DNA from: Vitrella brassicaformis CCMP3155
Taxonomy: Eukaryota; Protista; Chromerida
NCBI GenBank assembly: GCA_001179505.1
Contig: CDMY01001000.1
Location: 1 to 64,000 of the forward strand
Reading direction: 5' to 3'
DNA length: 64,000 bases
Below, one piece after another: positions 1-8,441 of this stretch; positions within the stretch are counted from its first letter, which is position 1; the number at the start of each line of letters is the position of its first letter. Below the pieces are notes generated by a model, which was given only the letters and a program-made list of their open reading frames with translations, had not been told where the DNA came from and did not search any database. The position numbers were made by a program, and so were the translations under genes.

Positions 1-530
1 GGCAGGACCCACACGCAGATTGAAAGAACCATCTGTGCTGTGCACATTGGGGGGGTAATGTGAGGTGTGTGTGTGTCAGTTTCATTCTGTGGTCCAAGGA
101 GGACAAGTATCGGTGGACTCAGCTGTGCCACGCCGAGTGGCCGTGCAAGGGAAAATGCATGCAGGACTGGACATACGTAAGAGCCACCAGACACACTCAG
201 GATGGTTGCCATCCCATCCATCGCGATGTGTGTGTGTGTGTCTGGCTCGCAGAAGTGTCCCTTCGGGTGGCGCCGCGTCATCAAGCTGCCGATCTTCAAG
301 GCAAAACCAAAGCTGCGGTCCGCCCCACACACCGAAACATACAGACAGACCATCGCACATGGATGTGTCTCTGTCGACACACCACAGTGTGTTGGTGCCG
401 GTCGTGTGCAAGCCGCCGCCTTCGTATGACGGCCCATGTGGCAGCATGAGACAAGACCTCACCAACTTCGACTTCGCCGCCAAGGTAATTTGCACAGTAC
501 ACCACCCAGGCGGCATGTGATATGTGTGTG

Positions 531-564
<34 letters not shown>

Positions 565-741
565 AGGGCGTTTGCGTTCAGGTGCCAGTTGCGTTGGCCG
601 TGTCGAGGCTCCGCTGGCGGCTCTCTCTTTGCGTCGCGCGGCATCAACGTCCGCATCAACCCCCTCTTCCAGCGGTCGACACTCAAAGACGACGCGGCGG
701 CCAGGAAGAAGACAGAGAGAGCTTTCTCACTCACTACATAA
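1..741 (+). CDS. CPW-WPC family protein, 3' part (5' end outside window), multi-exon
   Basis: Spliced exons read ...CHAEWPCKGKCMQDWTY|KCPFGWRRVIKLPIFKAKPKLR|VLVPVVCKPPPSYDGPCGSMRQDLTNFDFAAK|RAFAFRCQLRWPC...TT*. This matches the CPxGW...YxGPC...WPC repeat of the apicomplexan/chromerid CPW-WPC family. The joins I checked are GT-AG and keep frame. Confidence 0.85.
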
Positions 742-943
742 CATGAGATGAGATGAGCCCGTTGATGGATCAACTGAGAGGGACATCAATGCAAAGCAAT
801 TGACACCATCAAGGCGGCCCCCTGGGTGGTTTTGGGGGGTAACGTGCGGACCTATGGTTGTGTGTGCATCATGACCGCGCTGCCGAGGGCTACACACACA
901 CAACAGATCAGCCCCAGACACCTCGACCGTGTCGAGATTCGCG

Positions 944-980
944 AACCCTGAACCCTAAACCTCGCGAACCCTGAACCCTA
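944..980. repeat. Interstitial telomere-like heptamers (AACCCTG/AACCCTA), mirrored at 3809-3859
   Basis: aaccctgaaccctaaacc...aaccctgaacccta resembles the Plasmodium-type GGGTT(T/C)A telomere repeat or a telo-box. Confidence 0.6.
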
Positions 981-1001
981 GAGGCATGATTTTGATACCA
1001 G

Positions 1002-1653
1002 CATGACCGCGTCGACGTCCTGAGCAACATGGGCGTCACAGATTGTCCGTACGAGGTCAAGATCACGAGATCTGATCTCCCCAACAAGACATTAGGGCGG
1101 CCATTGCGCAGCAACCACGGCGAATGAGCTCTCGATGAGTCAGCCATTTTGACCGCCCTGACGCACTGACTCATTCATCTGCCCCTCTCGACCCCGCCCT
1201 CCCTCTCCCTCCCCCTGCAGCGACCCACCTGAGGTCTGCCAATCACTTCCCCCCCTCTTGTGCAGCGACCCAGATCCGCCACGCCGTCATATCCACACCA
1301 GGTACACCTCTCCACACGCCCTATCAGGTGGCACACACGAATCATCGATATCTCACATCTCATCTCACTCATTTTTCCCTGTTCCGTGTGTGCAGATTTC
1401 ACTTACCCCCGTTTTTCGGGACAACCGCTTGTCCCGTGCAGCTGATTCTAGCACCACCAGAGAGCCCACTCGATGTGCTTCACGGTGACCTACGACACAT
1501 GACCACATCACACATACACGCACACTTTTCATTGTCAACTCCTCCTCCATCCCCTCACTCAGGTTGATTGTTGGTCGTTTTCTCGGCTATTTGTGGATGC
1601 CGCCGGCCTCCCTGTACAGCATGATTGAGACCACCGAGCGCACTATCATCTGA
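1002..1653 (+). pseudogene. Possible degenerate spliced ORF inside the left arm (mirror copy on - strand in the right arm)
   Basis: Exon-like blocks HDRVDVLSNMGVTDCPYEVKITRSDLPNKTLGRPLR..., TQIRHAVISTPGTPLHTPYQ|ISLTPVFRDNR...ASR|LIVGRFLGYLWMPPASLYSMIETTERTII* are bounded by GT-AG introns. The right-arm copy has TGA in place of the Cys codon of TDC. No start codon was identified. Confidence 0.3.
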
Positions 1654-1934
1654 GGTACACACACGAGGGCACACAGGGCATCCACATCCACATATGTACA
1701 GACAAATATGGATATGTATACACACATGTACACATACTGTGTTTGCTCTGTGCTGCTGTGTGGTGTGCTCTGCGGTGTTGTCTTGTGTTGTGTTGTGTGC
1801 TGTGTGCTGTGTGTGGTGTGTGGTGTGTGGTGTTGGTGTGGTGTAGGTGTAGGTGTTGGTGGTGTAGGTGTGGCTCTCTTGGTGGTGGCTGTTGCCATCG
1901 CTTCAGTTACTTCGTTGATGGTTCATCCCACTCA

Positions 1935-2897
1935 ATGGACGCCCAGGCCCCTCCCGCCCCTCCATACCGGCACCGTCCCCGAGCTGGCGGCGTAGTGGCG
2001 GTTCAACTCCGGCAAAAGGATGGCCAGCTGATTATCACCGGCATGCCCAAGCACCTCTTTGATGACCTGAAGGCACAGATGAAGAGCACAGCACAAGACG
2101 AGACACTGGCGAAGATGATCTCAAGAGGCTGGGATGGCCTGGACCGATATGGCGGCGGCCTCGGCGCCTGGCTCAAGCGGCATCACGCCGCATACCTGCC
2201 GTTCGTCCCCACCATGGCCGCACCTGCCAGATCCACTCTTCCACGCAACCTCTCCGATGATGAGCTCCAGCAGCTTGTCGACGAGGCCCACTTGCGTGTG
2301 CCGGGCTTGGGTATGGATCCCGTCTCCAGCGTCCCCTCCGTCTTGCGTCTTGCTAGAGGAGAGATCGAGCACGAGGTCCTGATGGCATTGGAGAGCGAAG
2401 AGCCCTTCCCTCTGCTGCGGTCTCTGGGGCTGGAGGACCTCCTCTTGTCCAACCACGCCCAGTACAGCTCGAAGATCCCAGGCCTCCCACCAGCATCATC
2501 GCGGCGCAGGAGACGTGACAGTGGCGACGATGATGACGTCAGCCGCCCGTCGAAGAGGGGTCCTTCATATACATCTTTCACTTCTCTTCTGCCGGCCGTC
2601 GCCCCATCTCGCCAGCCCAAGAGGAAGGGGAGGTCTCCTGCCGTCGATCCAGCTTTTCCGCAGATTTCCAGTCCACCGAGGAAAGTGCGGTCTCCTGAGC
2701 GGGACAAGGGAGGGGACGTCGCTGCGGCTGCTGCTGCAGCCCGAGGCCGATCTGCGTCCCTCTCGCCTCAGCCAATGGAAGAAGATCCACCCCCACCACG
2801 AGCGGCTGCTGCTGCTGCTGCGGCTGCTTCTGTCGTCATGCCTAAGGCTGCCCCTGCCCGTCCGCCAGCCGCGGCACCGGCTGCCAATCAGACCTGA
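1935..2897 (+). CDS. Intronless hypothetical protein (~320 aa) between the inverted arms; Ala/Pro/Ser/Arg-rich C-terminus
   Basis: Open frame MDAQAPPAPPYRHRPRAGGVVAVQLRQKDGQLIITGMPKHLFDDLKAQMK...ANQT* with GC-rich, coding-like composition and no microsatellites. No recognisable domain. Confidence 0.65.
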   Translation: MDAQAPPAPPYRHRPRAGGVVAVQLRQKDGQLIITGMPKHLFDDLKAQMKSTAQDETLAKMISRGWDGLDRYGGGLGAWLKRHHAAYLPFVPTMAAPARSTLPRNLSDDELQQLVDEAHLRVPGLGMDPVSSVPSVLRLARGEIEHEVLMALESEEPFPLLRSLGLEDLLLSNHAQYSSKIPGLPPASSRRRRRDSGDDDDVSRPSKRGPSYTSFTSLLPAVAPSRQPKRKGRSPAVDPAFPQISSPPRKVRSPERDKGGDVAAAAAAARGRSASLSPQPMEEDPPPPRAAAAAAAAASVVMPKAAPARPPAAAPAANQT

Positions 2898-3093
2898 TCC
2901 GTTGAGCGAATGGATTGGGTCACACGCATTGTGATTGACCGTCTTCACATGTCTGTACAGCGGTGGATGCAATCAACACGTCATGAAATCCATGCATGGA
3001 TGGACACGTACGGACGTCCAATCAGTCGCCACCCATCCGCCCTCCACATATGCCCACATCTTCTTCTCCCCGTTGTTGAAGACTGATCCATCC

Positions 3094-3992
3094 ACATATG
3101 TGGATGTGGATGCCCTGTGTGCCCTCGTGTGTGTACCTCAGATGATAGTGCGCTCGGTGGTCTCAATCATGCTGTACAGGGAGGCCGGCGGCATCCACAA
3201 ATAGCCGAGAAAACGACCAACAATCAACCTGAGTGAGGGGATAGAGGAGTTGACAGTGAAAAGTGTGCGTGTATGTGTGATGTGGTCATGTGTCGTAGGT
3301 CACCGTGAAGCACATCGAGTGGGCTCTCTGGTGGTGCTAGAATCAGCTGCACGGGACCAGCGCTTGTCCCGGAAAACGGGGGTAAGTGAGATCTGCACAC
3401 ACGGAACAGGGAGAAATGAGTGAGATGAGATGTGAGATATCGATGATTCGTGTGTGCCACCCGATAGGGCATGTGGAGAGGTGTACCTGGTGTGGATATC
3501 ACGGCGTGGCGGATCTGGGTCGCTGTACAAGGGGGGGGGGGAAGTGGTTGGCAGACCTCAGGATGGGCGCTGCAGGGGGAGGGAGAGGGAGGGCGGGGTC
3601 GGTGACTAGAGATGGATGAATCAGGGCATCATCCCGGTCAACATGGCCGTCTCAGCGAGTGCTCACGAGGCGTCGTTGAGGCGCAATGGCCGCCCTAATG
3701 TCTTGTTGGGGAGATCAGATCTCGGGATCTTGACCTCGTGGGGTCAATCTGTGACCCGCATGTTGTCCAGCACGCTCTCCCGGTCGTGCTGGTATCAAAA
3801 TCATGCCTCTAGGGTTCAGGGTTCGCGAGGTTTGAAGGGTCTAGGGTTCAGGGTTCGCGAATCTCGACGGGGACGAGGAGTCTGGGGCTGATCTTTTGTG
3901 TGTGTGCAGCCCTCGCCAGCCCGGTCATGATGGCTACCAAGCCATAGGTTCGCACGTCACCCCCCAAAACCACCCAGGGGGCCGCCTTGATG
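3094..3992. repeat. Right arm of ~0.9 kb imperfect inverted repeat
   Basis: Reverse complement of 807-1697. Confidence 0.9.
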
Positions 3993-4249
3993 CGGGGGTC
4001 AGTGCGGTGAAGTGGTGAGAAATGCAATTTGGTGGAAAGGGCGAATAGCGAAGCAGGGCGTGTTGGCATACAGAACAACTTGCAGTAAAGCTCCACAGTC
4101 AATACTCAAGTCTACACGGCATCGCCAAGTTGGCCAAAAGCCCGTGGACACAGAGAGAGAGCGAGAGACGATCGAGTGAGTGCAGAGGGTGTATGCGTGT
4201 GTGTGGTGGGCTATGGGATGCACACACACACGACAGACAGACACACACA

Positions 4250-5330
4250 CACTCAGGCTCGCCGATCATCCATCCATCCCTCCAGCAGTGATAAGCAGGT
4301 GGCCCTGAACCACAAACACACACACACACACACATGTTCGTTCATACGTTTGCGCCTTCAAGTGTGTGTCTGTCTGTCTGTGTGTGGCTCTCTTCTCCTC
4401 TCCCCCCTCTCCACTCACCTGTCAGTCAATGAGTGGTCGATGTGTCGTGACCAAGAAGGAAAGGGACAAGAGACAAGACTTCCCGCGTTGTAAATAGTTG
4501 CAGAGACTGGAGTTGTGTGAAAAAAAAACCCTCTCTCGCTGCGGAAAGGCCAGCCGCTGAGAGAGGGGGTGCACACATTACTCCAACAATATAAAATGTA
4601 GGCAGCGATCGATCAGGAGAAAAGACATCCTCCATCCCCCCATCGATGGATCGAGTGACTCGGCCGCGCCACCAACCAGACAGACAGACACACGCAGCCA
4701 GCAACCAACCAAAACGCCGTGAGTGAGTGAGCACACCTCTGTCGACGAATGAATGCGTGTGTGAGAGACTGACTGACTGACTTACCTCGAGAGGGGCAAT
4801 GCATTCTGTCAAGTCCACGGCCATCTGATCTTCTTAGTCCGGTACGAATGAACGCCGTGACGACAACTACACAAAGACTCGACTCCCCACACTCAGGCTC
4901 GCCGACCATCCATCCATCCAGCAGTGATGAGCAGGTGGCCCTGAACGAAACACACACACACACACACATGTTCGTTCATACGTATGGCCTTCAAGTGTCT
5001 GTCTGTCTGTCTGTGTGTTTGTGGCTCTCCTCTCGACTCACCTGTCAATGGGTCGATGTGTTGTGACCAAGAAAGAGAGAGACAAGGAGAAAGAGAGAGA
5101 CAAGGCCTTGTGTTCAGAAACCAACGAGTGTGCTAAAAAAAAAGGCGGGTTACAATGTCGGCGGGCAGAGAGAGGAGGGCACCGACATTGTAACCCGCCG
5201 TGCACACCCGTCCAAATATAAAATGTAGGCAGCGATCATCCCTCCAACCATCCATCCAACCCTCCATCCATCCATCCCTCCAGCAGTGATGAGCAGGTGG
5301 CCCTGAACGAAACACACACACACACACACA
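4250..5330. repeat. Degenerate tandem repeat, about 3 units (4250-4610, 4890-5237, 5237-gap)
   Basis: Each unit carries ccatcc..ccagcagtgat(a/g)agcaggtggccctgaac..(CA)n. Units 1 and 2 also share atgttcgttcatacgt, A9, a hairpin and aatataaaatgtaggcagcgatc. Confidence 0.85.
5144..5199. other. Perfect 18-bp stem-loop next to an A9 tract (T9 on the - strand)
   Basis: GGCGGGTTACAATGTCGG (5144-5161), 20-nt spacer, CCGACATTGTAACCCGCC (5182-5199). Confidence 0.85.
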
Positions 5331-5630
5331 NNNNNNNNNNNNNNNNNNNNNNNNNNNNNNNNNNNNNNNNNNNNNNNNNNNNNNNNNNNNNNNNNNNNNN
5401 NNNNNNNNNNNNNNNNNNNNNNNNNNNNNNNNNNNNNNNNNNNNNNNNNNNNNNNNNNNNNNNNNNNNNNNNNNNNNNNNNNNNNNNNNNNNNNNNNNNN
5501 NNNNNNNNNNNNNNNNNNNNNNNNNNNNNNNNNNNNNNNNNNNNNNNNNNNNNNNNNNNNNNNNNNNNNNNNNNNNNNNNNNNNNNNNNNNNNNNNNNNN
5601 NNNNNNNNNNNNNNNNNNNNNNNNNNNNNN
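5331..5630. other. Assembly gap (300 N); others at 10176-10475, 42059-42358 and 63149-63448
   Basis: Runs of N, three of them abutting CA/TG microsatellite tracts. Confidence 1.
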
Positions 5631-6216
5631 GCAGCTTCTTGATCCAGAACTCATGCAATTCTACAAACAGGGACACACAGACAGACACACAGACAGGTGA
5701 CGGGGAGTACATAAGAGCAATCTGGCTGTCCATCGTACCTTTGTGTTGGCGCTTGTCGGCCTCAGTCAACAGGCGGGAGACCGCGTTTCTGTCCCGACCG
5801 CCCTCGCTAGTCGCCTGCTGGAGGGCCCTCGCCTCCAGTATGCCCTGGAGAATGACGTCGAAGGCGGGACAATCCATGTCGAGAAAGATGCGCTTCTTCC
5901 CGTCGCGAACAAACCGCTCGTCGAACTTGCCAGAGAAGAGCAGGGCCAGCGCAGTGCCCTCCACCCCCTCCCCCTCCGTTAGGTGCTGTCGCCTCACCCG
6001 CCGCTCAGTGCCGCCCACGTTCAGCAGCAGCACGTCCTTGCCGGAGGTCGGCGGAGTGTCAGCGATGCGGTGGTTGGTCTTGAGCTGAGCCGTGCTCTCC
6101 TTCGTTGTGGTGATCTCTTGCTTCTGTGGGTTGAGGCTCTCACAGAGGATGACGGCCGGTCTGTGGAAGCTGTTGAGGATGGCACGCTCCGGACATGGGG
6201 CGACAGATCTGTCCAT
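5631..6216 (-). CDS. KCTD/T1-type BTB/POZ protein, 5' part (runs into gap); paralog of gene H
   Basis: DVLLLNVGGTERRVRRQHLTEGEGVEGTALALLFSGKFDERFVRDGKKRIFLDMDCPAFDVIL. It has the same phase-1 intron before (E/G)xH(E/D)FW(I/V)K as the copy at 56937. Start codon uncertain. Confidence 0.8.
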
Positions 6217-6379
6217 TTCCCCTCCTCTGTGCCACCGTTGGGTCTGAACCGCACACAGACGTAAAGATGTGAACAGATCTAGGCCTTTGTCGGTGCCTCT
6301 CCGACTTCCCTGACCTTCGTTGCCCTTCGGGAGGTTTGCGGAGGTTTCGTTTGTCGGAGCAAGAGCTGCGAGCTTTGCT

Positions 6380-7464
6380 ATGATCGCCATTGGGCTGTTC
6401 ACAACGGAGAGGCAAGCATCAGGCAGCAAAGGGCCACTGGTGAGCACACTATCACAGATCTTCCGGAAAAACGAATGCAAAAGATGAGATGATGAATCCC
6501 TCGCTCTGTGTGTGTTTGTTGTCTGCAGAGGATGGCACCAGGTGGCCGCAGGCTGGTCGGCCTCACTGTGTGGGGCGACGGGAAGGTCTACGAGTCCCTC
6601 GACAGGCCGGGGGAGCTGTCGTTCGACGTCACCGGTGCAGGCCCCGACGGGCGGCCGATGGAGGTGCTGCTGGGCGATGATGACAAAGGGGTCCGCTTCT
6701 TCGACTTGAGCACCGACCCGCCCAAGCTGCTGCCCATCGGAGAGTGGCCTCGAAACCGGTGAGAAGCAAACTCTGTCACTCACACCATCGCTGTGGATGG
6801 CCTCTGTGTGTGTTTGTCGGGGCCGGCAATGAGCGGGTCGTCGGCAAGACGCGTCTGGGCGACGGCTTCGTGTACGAGGACCCTTCCGCCCTGGCGGGTC
6901 AGTTCTACACCAAGGAGGGCGGCCAGCGGCGGTACTTCGACGACCTGCTGCCGCCTGGACGGCTGCCGGGACAGCCCCTCGTGGACCAAACGTGAGAGCC
7001 GACACCGTCACAACAACCATTGTGCGTGAAGATGCTGCTCTGACTCTCTCTCTGTCTGTGTGTTGATCAGTGTGGGAGTGGCCAATGGCGGCGGCGCCAC
7101 ACTGCGTCAGCGGCAGGAGGGCTCCTCATTGTCACAGCAGCAGACCGCCAACAGCAGCAGTGTTGGCCGTCGGACTGGCACATTGCCATCTGGTGCGCAG
7201 TATGAGGTGGTGCAGGAGGGCACCGGCAGAGTGCCCACACCCAACGACCGCGTCAAGTTCGACGACATCGAATGGGTGGATGGATTCAACGGCCGGGACA
7301 AATTCGTCGATTACCGTGGGCGGGTGGATCGTGTGTCTGATCTGTTTTTTGCCTGGGAGGGTGACGCGGTGCTGTCGATGCGCGAGGGGGAGACGAGGCA
7401 AATCACACTGCCACCCGGATATATCGCCCGCTACATTCAGCTGCGTTTGATCAGCATAGAGTAG
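6380..7464 (+). CDS. Family gene A: two N-modules + degenerate FKBP-like domain
   Basis: Exons ~6380-6439, 6529-6758, 6821-6991 and 7071-7464. The last exon reads LPSGAQYEVVQEGTGRVPTPNDRVKF...AVLSMREGETRQITLP...QLRLISIE*, which follows the FKBP pattern (YxVxxEGxG..P...V....MxxGExRxxxxP...L..E). The exon 3 acceptor reads GG, not AG. Confidence 0.75.
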
Positions 7465-8441
7465 GAGAGAGTCCACACACACACGGGGGGGCGGCTGTGT
7501 GTCGCCCGCACACTCATGTGTGTGGCCGGGGGCTCCTCCCTCGCTGCCTGGCTGACTAAGTGTGTGCCCCCGGTGTTGAGGGATGGAGTGAGTGTGTCAT
7601 GATGTTCATCAGCCGGTCCAGGTGCTCATGACGAACATCGTTTTGTGCGACGTGCGTGTCTGAGAGGGGGGCTCTCCGACAATGGTGTTGCATGTCAGTC
7701 GCCTCTCTCCCCCTCACTGTCCGTCTGTCTGTCTGTCTGGCTGTCTGCCATGAGTGAGGGAGTGAGCGAGTGTCCTCTGCGCGGGCTGATTCATCGGTCG
7801 GCCGGTCGGCCGCTCACGACCACACAGCTTCTGTGTGCCTGTGCTGGTGTGTGGTGTGTGAGGTCTGCTTGTGTGTGTCAATTGCAGCTGTGTGTGGTGG
7901 TGTGTTGGGAGGGCAGGGGGGGTTCTCATCACGTCAGTGTCTGCCTGGCTTTATTCTACCTGCAGTGTGGATGCTTTGCAGATGGATGGGGTGGTCGGTC
8001 GGTCGCTGAATGGCGGCGACACTCATGTGGGCTCCGTTGTGTGTCTCTGCTGCATCATGGGACATTTTCTGTCAGCCGTTGATGACTCTGTGCCCGTCGA
8101 GACGATTTTTCTCTCACCGTGTGCCATTGCGAGCTCCACACCTGCGGGCTCTTTTTTGCAGCTCCATCTCATTGAACAGAGCGAAGTCTGTTTGTGTGGT
8201 GTCTGTCCGTCTGCGACACAATCACGCTTCCAGCTGAAGTTTGATCATCCGCTCGGTCACTGCTGCGCAATGAGACCAGACGAACGGAAACTGTCAATCG
8301 CAGCGCTCACTGCCTAGCACACGAGGGCATCAGTCGGAAAACTGCCCACCTCCCCTGTCTCCCCTCTCTCTCCCCACCCCCCTGCACACACAAATCGGCG
8401 CTATGCACGCACCCACACATGAGCACCACTCATGGATGGAG

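Larger units (their letters stand above)
807..1697. repeat. Left arm of ~0.9 kb imperfect inverted repeat
   Basis: catcaaggcggccccctgggtggttttgggggg at 807 is the reverse complement of 3960-3992. The inner ~140 nt (1560-1697) is a near-perfect reverse complement of 3094-3235; the outer parts are more diverged. Confidence 0.9.

Noticed and set aside
1142-1151. AGCCATTTTG matches part of the dinoflagellate spliced leader
   Set aside because: Only 10 nt, expected by chance in 64 kb, and not conserved in the mirror arm.
4250-5330. Repeat-spacer pattern as a CRISPR array
   Set aside because: Eukaryotic context, long irregular units with homologous spacers, and no cas genes.
5133-7020. Long ORFs containing X runs (for example 594 aa at 5236-7020, and those at 9723-10614, 41474-42752 and 62807-63776)
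   Set aside because: Artefacts of translation through N gaps and microsatellite introns.
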